This document shows positions 47,959 to 58,230 of a stretch of DNA of 64,000 nt, piece by piece. The translations under genes and the position numbers were made by a program. This stretch comes from an uncultured bacterium (GTDB lineage: Bacteria > Oederibacteriota > Oederibacteriia > Oederibacteriales > Oederibacteriaceae): assembly GCA_965112635.1 (NCBI GenBank), contig OZ218778.1, positions 2,688,001-2,752,000 on the forward strand, written 5' to 3'. The first letter of the stretch is position 1; every line of letters begins with the position of its first letter. The notes beneath the pieces are model-generated. The model was not told the origin of the DNA. It did not search any database and worked only from the letters and a program-made list of their open reading frames with translations.

Positions 47959-49938
47959 TCACTTTTTCAGCTGTTCGCTCATCTGTTCCCACTGGGCCAT
48001 TTTGGCCGCTAGCGCCTTGTCGATCTGGTGCAGTTCCTTGAACACGTCCACCAGCTTGTTCCGGTTCTCATAAGTGCCCTGGACTTCCAGGATGGCGTGG
48101 ATCTCTTGCTTCCGCTTTTCCAGGCCGGCAATTTCCTGCTCTAGGACAACCAGCTTTTTCTTTAATTCTTTGCGCTGCTCAACTTTTTCTTTTTCCAGCT
48201 GGGCCTGTTCCGGAGAAAGCTCCTCCTCTTTAGCCATCTTTCTGGCGGATCTATCCATGACCACGACCTGCCCGGATGCGCTTTCCACGGACATTTCGGT
48301 ATGGTGGACCAAGGAAGCTGCTTCCCGCATTTTCCGGGCCAGGTAATCGTCGTAATTCTCGACCAGTTTGCGAACTTCGGAATATTCTTCCACTGGTACT
48401 ATTTCCAGCACCGTGTCAATGAGCGGCCTCATAAACTCGCGATCGTGCGAGACCAGACACAGGGTCCCTTCATATGCCAAAAGCGCTTCCAAAAGGACCT
48501 GCCTGGACTGGGCATCCAGATGGTTGGTGGGCTCATCCAACAGGAGAAAATTATGCGGCTTCAAAAGGAGTTTGGCCAGCGCTACTCTGGCCTTTTCGCC
48601 TCCTGATAAGACCCGGCAGGGCTTGTCGATGTCATCCCCGGAAAACAGGAATGCCCCGGCCAGGCTCCGCAGCTCCAGAGGTGTTTTTGCCGATGTTGTA
48701 GCGTGCAACTCCTCGTAAATGGTCTTTTGCAGGTCCAGGCTGTCCACGGTGTGCTGGGCATAATAACCTATCTCCACGTTGTGGCCAAATCGGATGCTCC
48801 CTTGGGTGGGTCCCACAACCCCGGACAAGAGCTTGAGCAGAGTGGTCTTGCCTGCCCCGTTGACCCCCACAATGGCCAGCCTGGAATCCCGGCCGATGAC
48901 CCAATCCAAGCCCTGGAAGATCTTCTTTGCTCCGTAGGCAAAATTAACCTCCTCCAGCGTTACGGTCTGCTTGCCGCCCCGGCTAGAAGGAGGGAATCCG
49001 AAGTGGATGGTCTTGGTATGCTCGCCGGGTAGTTCTATCCTCTCCATTTTTTCCAACTGTTTCAAGCGGCTCTGCACTTGCCTGGCCTTGGTGGCCTTGT
49101 AGCGGAAACGCTCCGTGAACTTTTCGATTTGGGCGATCTTGTTCTGCTGGACCTTGTACCGAGCCCGCAACAGTTCTATATGCTTTTCTTTTTGGAACTC
49201 GTATTCATCCAGGCTCCCCTTATAGGAAAAAAGTTCCCTCTGCTCTATTTCCACGACCTCCCCGACCATGCGGTTTAAAAAGGCCCTGTCATGGCTAACC
49301 AGCAGTAGGGCTCCTTTATAGTCCAGCAGATATTCTTCCAGCCAAAGCAGGGATTCTAGGTCAAGATGGTTGGTGGGTTCATCTAGAAGCAGCAGGTCCG
49401 GGGACAAAAGCAGGATACGGGAAAGGACGGCCCGCATGCGCCAGCCTCCGCTGAATTCGGCCAGCCTCCGTCCAAGGTCAGCCGGCTTAAAACCCATGCC
49501 GGTCAGGACCTCTTTGGCCAAGGCCTCCAGGCGGTATTCATCCATATGTTCCAGTTCGGTCAGGATATGGCCGTAGCGCTCCAGATCTTCCTCGTGGCCG
49601 GGATAATCACCCTGCCGGCTGAAACGCTCCTCCAGCTCCTGTTTGGTGGCCAGCAGCTCTTCCCGGCGGCCCGTCAGTCTCAACACGCTGGCCAATACGG
49701 TTTCGTCCTCGGGGATACCAACCTCCTGGGGCAAGTAACCGATGGTCAAATGGCTGGCTTTGGCCACAGAGCCCTGGTCCGGCCGCTCCTCTTCCAGGAT
49801 AAGACGGATGAGCGTGGTTTTGCCCGACCCATTGGGACCGATCAGGGCGATCCTGGACCTGGGACCGACATGCAGGGACACCTTGTCAAAAATGGTCCGC
49901 GTCCCAAAATGTTTTTCTACATCAATGATGTCAATCAT
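47959..49938 (-). CDS. ABC-F family ATP-binding protein
   Basis: Two ATPase cassettes (GPNGSGKT, FSGGWRMR, LLDEPTNHLD; GVNGAGKT, LSGGEKAR), RFRYKATKARQVQSR linker, C-terminal coiled coil; start ATG 49938. Confidence 0.93.
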   Translation of the reverse strand: MIDIIDVEKHFGTRTIFDKVSLHVGPRSRIALIGPNGSGKTTLIRLILEEERPDQGSVAKASHLTIGYLPQEVGIPEDETVLASVLRLTGRREELLATKQELEERFSRQGDYPGHEEDLERYGHILTELEHMDEYRLEALAKEVLTGMGFKPADLGRRLAEFSGGWRMRAVLSRILLLSPDLLLLDEPTNHLDLESLLWLEEYLLDYKGALLLVSHDRAFLNRMVGEVVEIEQRELFSYKGSLDEYEFQKEKHIELLRARYKVQQNKIAQIEKFTERFRYKATKARQVQSRLKQLEKMERIELPGEHTKTIHFGFPPSSRGGKQTVTLEEVNFAYGAKKIFQGLDWVIGRDSRLAIVGVNGAGKTTLLKLLSGVVGPTQGSIRFGHNVEIGYYAQHTVDSLDLQKTIYEELHATTSAKTPLELRSLAGAFLFSGDDIDKPCRVLSGGEKARVALAKLLLKPHNFLLLDEPTNHLDAQSRQVLLEALLAYEGTLCLVSHDREFMRPLIDTVLEIVPVEEYSEVRKLVENYDDYLARKMREAASLVHHTEMSVESASGQVVVMDRSARKMAKEEELSPEQAQLEKEKVEQRKELKKKLVVLEQEIAGLEKRKQEIHAILEVQGTYENRNKLVDVFKELHQIDKALAAKMAQWEQMSEQLKK

Positions 49939-50048
49939 GGGGATTATATTACCGTGAGAAAGGGGGAAAGATACAGCGATTTGATGACCGCTTAGAAACA
50001 CTTACAGCCGAGAGATAATTACTTTGGAAAAACGGCGTGGTCAGCCAG

Positions 50049-51464
50049 TCAGAGGAAATAAAATCTCGCGCCCACCTTAATCTCCAGGCCGCTCATATCG
50101 CCTGTCACGGATTTTCCGTCCGCGCCGGTGATATAGTGGTCGATGTAACTGCTGTCCACGTAATCCAGATTGCCGGCCAGGAAGCTTGGCGTGTAATTAT
50201 AGTTGATGCTGACCTCTGGAGCGAACCAGCCAAATAGGGCTCTGACCCCAACTCCAGCGCTAAGGGTATCAGATACTCCCAACCAGTTATAACCCTTTGT
50301 ATTGGAATAGTTGACGAACTGCAAGTCTGTTCCAGGCTGAATCATCACAAAGAATTGGAATGGACCTGTTATCTGAAACGGCTTGTTGAGATTAAAATAA
50401 AGTCGTAAATAAAACTCGTTATCCATCAGGGAATAGCCGGAAGTACTCGTCCCGGTCAGACCATTTAGGGTCCCCGAAGAACCCACGTATTTGTAACCAA
50501 ACGCCAGGATATTCCATCCCATCCCTACGTCAATAGCGGTGGGATTGGTAAACACATCGGACCTGGTGAGATAAGGTGTGGTCCCACCCGAAGTCATATT
50601 GTATTTGAACATATTGTTCATCTGGTCCCATACGGAGGGATTATAAAGGGGCGACCACTGAAGGGTGAAATACCAATCGTTGTCGTATTGGGTGCTTTGT
50701 TTTTCACTCTCCTGCCTTTGCCGCTCTTCTTCATCCCGCTTTTGCTGGGCCAGTCGGTTGGCCTCATCGATCCGGTCTTGTTCGTCTTTTTGGGCTTTGA
50801 GCTGTGTTTTCAGCGTGTCGATCTTGGCCACGATCTTGGGGGCGTTGGGAGCGTCCGGCTCCAGTCTCAAATACCTCTGATACGCTGTCAGGGCGTCGTT
50901 ATAGTCCTTTAAATTTTCCTGGGAGATCCCGAGGCATACCCAGGCTTCCCCGTTCTGGGGATCGCTCACGGTCGCTCCCTGGGCTTCGTCACGGGCCAAT
51001 CCCCATTGCTGCAGTTTCATCAACTTCTTGGCTTTCTCAACCTTGGTAGCAGCGCTTTCCGAACTGGAGGACGCGGCCTCACCCATCCCCGCGGTCTCGG
51101 ACTCCCCGCTGCCTCCCAGCTGGACGATCTTGTCGCTGATCTTCTTGGCATTGGGGCTGTCCGGTGCCAGTTGGAGGTATTTCTTGTAGGCGGCCACCGC
51201 CTGGTCGTTGTTTCCCAGGTTTTCGTAAGCCAAGCCCAGGCAGATCCAGGCATCCGTGCTCTGAGAATCGGCCTTCGTGGCCAGCAAGGCTTCGTCCTTG
51301 GCCAGGTCATATTGTTTGAGTTTCAAAAGACTTTTGGCCTTTTCCACATGCCCTGCTGCATCTGAGCTGTCGGCCAGGACCAAAACAGGGGCAAATAAAA
51401 TAGTGACCAATAATGCCATCATAAAGATAAAGACCCCTGTTTTTTTTAATCGTTTAAAATCCAT
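50049..51464 (-). CDS. Exported protein with two duplicated TPR modules, coiled coil and probable C-terminal beta-barrel
   Basis: AWICLGLAYENLG / AWVCLGISQENLK TPRs; amphipathic strands ending LEIKVGARFYFL. Confidence 0.75.
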   Translation of the reverse strand: MDFKRLKKTGVFIFMMALLVTILFAPVLVLADSSDAAGHVEKAKSLLKLKQYDLAKDEALLATKADSQSTDAWICLGLAYENLGNNDQAVAAYKKYLQLAPDSPNAKKISDKIVQLGGSGESETAGMGEAASSSSESAATKVEKAKKLMKLQQWGLARDEAQGATVSDPQNGEAWVCLGISQENLKDYNDALTAYQRYLRLEPDAPNAPKIVAKIDTLKTQLKAQKDEQDRIDEANRLAQQKRDEEERQRQESEKQSTQYDNDWYFTLQWSPLYNPSVWDQMNNMFKYNMTSGGTTPYLTRSDVFTNPTAIDVGMGWNILAFGYKYVGSSGTLNGLTGTSTSGYSLMDNEFYLRLYFNLNKPFQITGPFQFFVMIQPGTDLQFVNYSNTKGYNWLGVSDTLSAGVGVRALFGWFAPEVSINYNYTPSFLAGNLDYVDSSYIDHYITGADGKSVTGDMSGLEIKVGARFYFL

Positions 51465-51540
51465 TTTTCACTCTCCTTTGCAATATTTTTGATGAATCTG
51501 GGCCCTGACCTCACGAACAGATTTGGGACTAAATTCACTT

Positions 51541-52275
51541 TCATTTGACAATACGATACACCACGGTCCCCAGGCACCAGGTATTCTTGTCCATTTCCAC
51601 CAGTTTGGAAATAAGGTCGAAGAATTTGACCTTTGCCCCGGCGTTTTCCAAAAGTTTCACCTGGTTCTTACAGCAGACCACCCGCAGGGTTTCACTGGAC
51701 TCGTTCTTGCCCTGCGGCAGGCTGCCGCGAATAGCCATACCGTTGTCTTTCATGGGCTGGGTAGGCAGGACCAGGGTCTCCCCGCCCTTGACGAAATCGG
51801 CCTTATCCGCGTCATTGGGGAACAGGGGCCACACCAGATCGTCCTCGTCTACGGAAAAAACCGCCACATAAGCGTCCCTGGCCGGGGTGATCCTGACCTC
51901 TATCTCCTCCCCGTCCTTGACCGTGCTCGGCGCTTCCATCCGAACGGTGAAAAAGGGATCGGACTCACCTTTGGGGTATTTCACGTTGACCTGGAGCTTG
52001 ACCGTGTAGCGGTAGGAACCGCTACCCAAGTCTTCCGGTCCCGAGCGGTCCAGCTCTTTTTCTCCCGTGATAAGCCCGCGGTTGATGGCCTGCAATAATT
52101 CCCCGGCTGAATCGTATTGGCGTCCCGAATGTTCTTCAGAAATGGCGTAAAAGGTGGACTTGACCTGCTGCCCCGAGGAGGCCAGGACTTTGCTCCTGGC
52201 GTCCTCACGGGCGAGCCGGAATCCTTCGGCAGGCGCCCTCTGGGCGTCCACCACCGCTTCTCCGCTAACGGTCAT
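51541..52275 (-). CDS. DUF4384-domain protein
   Basis: GEEIEVRITPARDAYVAVFSVDEDDLVWPLFPN pattern; no signal peptide at this start. Confidence 0.72.
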   Translation of the reverse strand: MTVSGEAVVDAQRAPAEGFRLAREDARSKVLASSGQQVKSTFYAISEEHSGRQYDSAGELLQAINRGLITGEKELDRSGPEDLGSGSYRYTVKLQVNVKYPKGESDPFFTVRMEAPSTVKDGEEIEVRITPARDAYVAVFSVDEDDLVWPLFPNDADKADFVKGGETLVLPTQPMKDNGMAIRGSLPQGKNESSETLRVVCCKNQVKLLENAGAKVKFFDLISKLVEMDKNTWCLGTVVYRIVK

Positions 52276-52331
52276 GGTAGTCGGCCTGTCATTGCCGCTC
52301 TCCCCTGGCCGTTCAGAAGGGAGAGAGCCGG

Positions 52332-52949
52332 CTATTTTCCCTGGGTAGGGGTCCCTCCGGCCGGCTGGGTCTGCGGTTGCTCCTGCTTGCTTATGATCTG
52401 TTCCATGTTGGCAAAGGCCTTGTCCGCGTTGGCTTTGACATAATCCCGGACTTGGGCGTCCAGCTCCTTCATGCTGTCCAGGTTCTTGGAGAGGTCAGCC
52501 GGGGCCAGTTTGGCCAAGGCGTAGAGCGTCCCGTCCGAAGGGTCTTTCCAGTGGTCGATAATCTCCACGCCGGAAAGAGCCATATCGGTGATGGATTGGC
52601 CCGTACTCTCCACGTACTGTTCCTCCGAGGACTTTTTGAAATCCCCGGCCGTGGTCGAAGCCATATAGTCGCGCAGCACGGACTGCACGGTAACCTTGAG
52701 GTTCTTAGCGACTTCGTTCCTGGCCCTGCTGTCCGCGGTCTGAGTGGCCAGGGAGACATTCTGGATGCCTGACACGATCCCCACGCCGTAGATGTATTTG
52801 GCTTCGTCCCCTTGGAACGCGGCCCTTCCTTTATCAATCCAGGCGGGTTTGTTGCTGGAGCCCGGCCCCTGGACAGCTTGGTTGCCTCCGCATCCGGCAA
52901 GGACCGCCACCGCCAGCGCTAGGATTACTCCTGACAATTTCTTAAACAT
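52332..52949 (-). CDS. LPP20 family lipoprotein
   Basis: Lipobox LAGC; KPAWI, YGVG, ADSRARNEVA, YALAKL. Confidence 0.82.
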   Translation of the reverse strand: MFKKLSGVILALAVAVLAGCGGNQAVQGPGSSNKPAWIDKGRAAFQGDEAKYIYGVGIVSGIQNVSLATQTADSRARNEVAKNLKVTVQSVLRDYMASTTAGDFKKSSEEQYVESTGQSITDMALSGVEIIDHWKDPSDGTLYALAKLAPADLSKNLDSMKELDAQVRDYVKANADKAFANMEQIISKQEQPQTQPAGGTPTQGK

Positions 52950-53014
52950 ATTCCTTCCTCCTTTTTAAAATAAATTATTGACCCTTTGGTTCTATTCAAA
53001 AACTGTTGATCGGA

Positions 53015-54870
53015 TCAGGGGACGACAGGCTGGTCCTGGTTCCCTGAGAAATACGGTTTTTGGACCCTCTCTTCGCCTTTGAGCTTGTGCACCATCGTGG
53101 GGACCTCCCGCTGTAGAAAATCCTTTAATTTCCCAGAATCCCTGATCCCGCTCTGCAGCCCTTTTAAGAAATAGTAGGTGAAAACGCCATGGGCTTTTTC
53201 GTCGTACCAGGAAGCAACCTGGTTGGCCTCGCTGGCCGAAAAGACCTGGACTCCCTCAGGGATCACACCCGTGACCTTTTGGGTAAGGAGGAGCGGGCTG
53301 GCGCCTTTGACCAGGGTCCCTTTTTCCGAGCCACCGCTGAAACAGGCATCTATGACCACGGTCGTCTTGGCGGCTTTGAGAAGGGATAAGTTCTTGTAAA
53401 AAACGTCCACCGGATAGCCCGTGAACGAGACCTGGCTCAAGTCGCAGTCCGACGGCGCGAAATAGGCCCGGCCATCCTCTGAAAGGGCCGGTGTGCCATG
53501 TCCCGAAAAATAGACAAAGACCTTGGATTCCCCAGGCTTGACCATCTGGGCGAGCTTGGCTTTGCGCCGTTCAGCCGTGCCAAAGACCGCTTCCATCTTG
53601 GATTTGGTAGGATTGGCGTAAAAAAGGATGTTCTCCTCTTTGAACCCGTACATCTTGATGAGGTAATCCTTGACGGCCTCCGCGTCGTGGATGGCGTAAT
53701 CCACCGTGGGGATATCCTTGTTCATATAGTCGCGCACGCCCATGACCACGGCGATGCCGTTGCTGTTGTCCTTTTGGTACTCAGGGATGTTCTCGTCCAC
53801 TTCTGACGGCGGGTAGGTGACGAGGTCCGCCGAGTTGAAGGTATCCGCCACTTGGTATTTTTGTTCTTCCGTCCCCTTGGCCACCACCGGCACGGTGACA
53901 TCCTGGGCGGCTTTGATCGAGGGCCTTTTCTCATTGACCGTCAGGCTCAGTTGCAGGGCCTGGTCTTTGAACGCTTCCGGAATGATGACCTGGTAGCTCA
54001 CAGTGGCGATCTTACCGGGCTGGATCTCTCCGATCACCCGGGGCGATGAGACAACCTCCAATTTCTGGCCCGAATCCAGGTAGGCCTGGACCTCCTGGGC
54101 TTTGCCTCTGCCTTGGTTCTGTATGGCGAAAGAAACCGTGGCGACGTCCCCTTGCTTGATGGTCTTGCTGCCGTTCTCTCCCGCAATATTGTGGCTGGTC
54201 ACGGCCAATTTGGGAAGCTCCACGCTGGTTGTCTTGAAGACCAGTTTGACCGAACTGAAACTGAAATTCTTTTCCTGGATCTTGACCTGCGCGGCTACCG
54301 CGGCAGTCGCGATATCCTCTTGAGCCTCGATCGTGAAGCGCCCGCTTAGATCGGCCCCGGCCGGGATGTCCCCGATCGCGATCCTATCCGCAGACTGGCC
54401 CCCGCCGGTTTCCAATAAGGAAGACACCGTATCCCCGCCGGTCGAGCTGCTCTCTTCCATCTCGCCACCCTTGATGGCGATCTTGGTGTTATCGGGGATC
54501 AGGATCAAAGTGGCATACGCTTCCCGTGCCGCGCCTTTTCCCGTGTTCTTGACCGTGAACCTGATCGTGGCGTTCTCGCCTGCGCTCAAAACCTTCTCTT
54601 CATTGTTTAGAATCAGGGAAAGGCTGGTTTGGAGCTTGGGTTTCTCGTAGGTTTCGGGGGTAGCCTCTTGGAAATGGCTTGAAGAAGGTGAGTTGTTGTC
54701 TAAAAGCTGGTCAATATCAGTGTTTTGGTTGCTTTTTTGGGGTTGCGTAGTGACCTTGCTCCCCCCCCTAAAAGATCATCCACATCGTCAGCACGCAACG
54801 GCACAATGAAAAACGCCAAAAAAGCCGTAAAAACAATACAAAACAGGCATAGCCGTTCAAATGGTTTCAT
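53015..54870 (-). pseudogene. Caspase-family (peptidase C14) protein with signal peptide and Ig-like domains, frameshifted at a G8 tract
   Basis: YFSGHG and IDACFSG catalytic dyad; ATG 54870 with AGGAGG RBS and a signal peptide is out of frame with the main ORF; one extra G at 54761-54768 restores the frame. Confidence 0.82.
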
Positions 54871-54985
54871 GGAGTGCCTCCTGACCTTAAATAAGGATAC
54901 ATGCTTTAATTATAAAAGGATACGCAAGATAGTCAATAAAGATAAAAGATTTAATCAAGTTCTAACAAACCAGTAAAGCCGCAAC

Positions 54986-55936
54986 TTAGAAGTTCCAGTC
55001 CTGCCCGTTTTGCCCGATGATGAACTGGTCCGGTTTGACCTTGAAATCTTTCCTGGCTTCCTCAATGCCGCTGATGACTTGCTGAGGAACGTCATCGCCC
55101 AACTGGAAAGTACCGAAATGGCAGGCGATGCCGCATCTGGCCCGTAATATTTTGAACGCCCGCACCGCTTCCTCGGGGTTGATGTGGATATCCTGCATGA
55201 ACCATGCTGGCAAATAGGCGCCGCTGGGAAGGATAGCCAGGTCGAGTTTTGGAAAGCGGCTGGCGACCTCCTGAAAATGTCTATCCCATCCCGTGTCACC
55301 TGCAAAATACACGCTCTTTTTTCTAGCCTTGAGTACAAACCCTCCCCACAAGGCCCTGTTGTGGTCAAAAGGGCTACGGCTGGAAAAATGATGGCTGGGC
55401 ACGCAGGTTATTTCCAATCCTCTAAAAGGTTTGATCTGGTCCCACCAGTCCATTGCTTTGATGGGAACTCCCTTAAGAAATTTCAGGTAATTTTCGTTCC
55501 CCAACGGAGTTAAAACCAGAGGCCTATTCTTGTCGCCCAATTTGAGCAGGGTCTGCTTATCCAGATGGTCATAATGGTTGTGGCTGAGCAACACCAGGTC
55601 AATGGCCGGTAAATCTTCCCAGGCTAGACCCGGTGGGTTCTGCCTTTTGGGGCCGGCCCATTGCACCGGGCTGTCCCGTTCCGACCATATCGGGTCGGTC
55701 AGGATGTTGACTCCGGCCATCTGGACAAGAAAAGTCATATGGTTGACATAGATGACCTGGATCTGGCCGGGCTTGTTGCGCTGGGAAGGGGCCGGCGCCT
55801 GCTGAGGCTCCATGCCCTGCCAGGCCATCCGGTGGTGGGAAAACATCCATTTCAGAAAATCCCAGAAACTTCCCCTGGGCCTGGTCCGCGCGTTAAAGAA
55901 CCTTTTGCCGTCAAAATGATCCGAAATCTGGGCCAT
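54986..55936 (-). CDS. MBL-fold metallo-hydrolase (NAPE-PLD/RomA-like)
   Basis: ILTDPIWSER, SHNHYDHLD, YFAGDTG, HINPEEA, HFGTFQL. Confidence 0.9.
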   Translation of the reverse strand: MAQISDHFDGKRFFNARTRPRGSFWDFLKWMFSHHRMAWQGMEPQQAPAPSQRNKPGQIQVIYVNHMTFLVQMAGVNILTDPIWSERDSPVQWAGPKRQNPPGLAWEDLPAIDLVLLSHNHYDHLDKQTLLKLGDKNRPLVLTPLGNENYLKFLKGVPIKAMDWWDQIKPFRGLEITCVPSHHFSSRSPFDHNRALWGGFVLKARKKSVYFAGDTGWDRHFQEVASRFPKLDLAILPSGAYLPAWFMQDIHINPEEAVRAFKILRARCGIACHFGTFQLGDDVPQQVISGIEEARKDFKVKPDQFIIGQNGQDWNF

Positions 55937-56039
55937 TTCCCTGGATCCCTCCAAATTATTTTTTCTTATCTCTTTAAGTAGTATTACAATATGATATCAA
56001 AAACAGTTTGAAGAAAATCCGCAAAAGGAGAATTGACCA

Positions 56040-57038
56040 ATGCAACCAAGATGGACAAAAGAACAGGCCTGGGCCTGGTATGAAAAACTACCCTGGCTCG
56101 TGGGGTGCAACTTCATCCCCAGCACCAGCATCAACCAGCTGGAGATGTGGCAAAAGGACACCTTTGACCCCAGGACCATCGACAAGGAACTCGGCTGGGC
56201 CAGAAATATCGGCATGAACACAGTGCGCGTTTATCTGCACGACCTGGTCTGGCACGCTGACGCGGAGAGGTTCAAAAAAAGGATTGACCGGTTTCTGGCC
56301 ATCGCCTCGGCACACGGCATACGCCCCCTTTTTTGCGTGTTTGACGATTGTTGGAACCCCAAGCCAAAACTGGGCAAACAGCTCTGTAACAAATTCGGCC
56401 GGCATAATTACGGCTGGGCCCAAAGTCCGGGCGTGGATGTGGTCAATGAGCCCAAGCAGTGGGGCCGGCTGGAAAAATATGTTCTTGGCCTCTTGAGGAC
56501 TTTTGGCCAGGATGAGCGGGTACTGCTCTGGGACCTTTATAACGAGCCCGGCAATTCCAAGCAGGACGAAAAGTCAGTCCCCCTGCTGGAAAAAACCTTC
56601 GAGTGGGCTCAGACCGCTGACCCCATTCAACCCCTGACCTCAGGGGTTTGGGCCCTCAACCGGTCAGTCAGCCACACCCAGCTTTCAGGCTCTGACATCA
56701 TCACCTTCCACAACTATGACAATCTGGAAAATCTACGGGGCACCATCAACGACTTAAAATCCCTGGGCCGACCTGTGATCTGCACCGAATACATGGCCCG
56801 GGGCAAAGGGAGCCTGTTCCTGACCCATTTGCCTGAATTTAAAAAGGGAAAAGTTGGATGTTACAACTGGGGTTTGGTGGACGGCAAAACAAGGACAAAA
56901 TATCCCTGGGGTAGTCCTGACAGCTGCCCTGAACCTGCCCCATGGTTCCATGAAATTTTCAGAAAAAACGGCAAACCCTATATCCCCTCAGAAACCGCTT
57001 TTATTAAGGCGATAACCAAAGACAACGACATTTTCTAA
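56040..57038 (+). CDS. Clan GH-A glycoside hydrolase (GH5-like)
   Basis: GMNTVRVYLH, WDLYNEP (acid/base), ITFHNY, ICTEY (nucleophile); no signal peptide. Confidence 0.85.
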   Translation: MQPRWTKEQAWAWYEKLPWLVGCNFIPSTSINQLEMWQKDTFDPRTIDKELGWARNIGMNTVRVYLHDLVWHADAERFKKRIDRFLAIASAHGIRPLFCVFDDCWNPKPKLGKQLCNKFGRHNYGWAQSPGVDVVNEPKQWGRLEKYVLGLLRTFGQDERVLLWDLYNEPGNSKQDEKSVPLLEKTFEWAQTADPIQPLTSGVWALNRSVSHTQLSGSDIITFHNYDNLENLRGTINDLKSLGRPVICTEYMARGKGSLFLTHLPEFKKGKVGCYNWGLVDGKTRTKYPWGSPDSCPEPAPWFHEIFRKNGKPYIPSETAFIKAITKDNDIF

Positions 57039-57059
57039 ATATTTCAACCAATGGGTCGC

Positions 57060-58201
57060 TCAGTATTGGCAGTGCTTCCAGTATTCGTCCAGCATAGCCA
57101 TATAGTTGTCATATTTGGTCCCCACCGCAATGGAGTGGCTGGCTCCCAAAATAAATCTCCCGCCCTTTTTTGCGCAGGACATGGCCCGGCGCACATCCTG
57201 CCGCACCTCTTCGGGGGTACCGTGGACAAGGTGCTCCAGGTCCACTCCGCCCCACAGGGTGAGCCGGTCCCCGTAACGCTCCTTCACTTTCTTGATATCC
57301 ATAGAAGCGCTGGTTTGGATGGACTGGTAGGCGTCATAGCCGATTTCCAAGAACATGTCCATCAGGCTCCAAACATTGCCGCAGCAATGTTTCATCACTC
57401 TTTTGCCTCTCCGATGGACCTGCTTCACCCTTTCCTTATTGGCTTTCAAGAACATCTCCCGGAACATGGCAGGGCTGATAAAAGGACCGGTCTTAAAACC
57501 AAAGTCCGCGCCCCACAGCACGGCGTCGCTGTCAGGATGGAGCCAGGCATCATCGTTCATATTGGTCGATTTTAGGAAATAACTCGTCGCTGCCTTGACG
57601 GTCTCCTTATTGGTGGCCAGCTCCAGACAACCCTTTCGATGTCCCCCAAAAAAACTATGCCCACTTCGCCGCCGCTGGGCCCGCAGATGAACTTATCATC
57701 TTTGAAATTCCGGATTACAGTGTCCAAAATTTCCCAGGAACACTCGTCCCGAGCCTCTGGGGCTGGTTCTCCGCTGAACTCGGCAATGGTGAACTTCCTG
57801 GCCTCCAGCACGGGGTCCCGGACGCAGGTGATGTCCATGGAAGCGTCGGAGAACTTATAGACCCGGCCGTACTTGTCTTCCCAGGTGGTGCCATCGATCC
57901 GGCGTGGAGGAGCATCATTGGAAGGAACGGGGATTTGATAGGTGGCTGCTGCGAACGAAACTATGTCCAGGTCCAGTTTATGCATGAGCTCTATATGGTC
58001 TTTCTCGTAGCTTTCCGCGACTTCCTTATACCGACCTTCCCAAAAAGCGATCTGTGACTTGGCCTTTGCCCTGAAATAGGTCTCGTGGCCGAGGATCTTC
58101 TCGGCGGTGTCGAAATCCACCGCATATTCCCCCAGCGGTACCCTGTCGGGTATCCGGCCGTCAAGCACTGCCATCACCCGTTCTTTGGAAGTCATGCGCA
58201 A
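57060..58201 (-). pseudogene. Uroporphyrinogen decarboxylase/MtaA-like family protein split by a 1-bp frameshift
   Basis: MTSKERV...PDRVP N-terminus and GADFG...FISPAMFREMF, HCCGN, LWGGVD, GTPEEV, FILGASH C-terminus; one extra base near 57631 joins them. Confidence 0.82.
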
Positions 58202-58230
58202 GCCTTTCTTCCAATTAAATCAACGCTTCT

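Noticed and set aside
52276-52334. Programmed frameshift or fusion of LPP20 and DUF4384
   Set aside because: The DUF4384 frame is open upstream, but LPP20 ends cleanly and the GGGAAAA run before its stop is the only hint; not enough support
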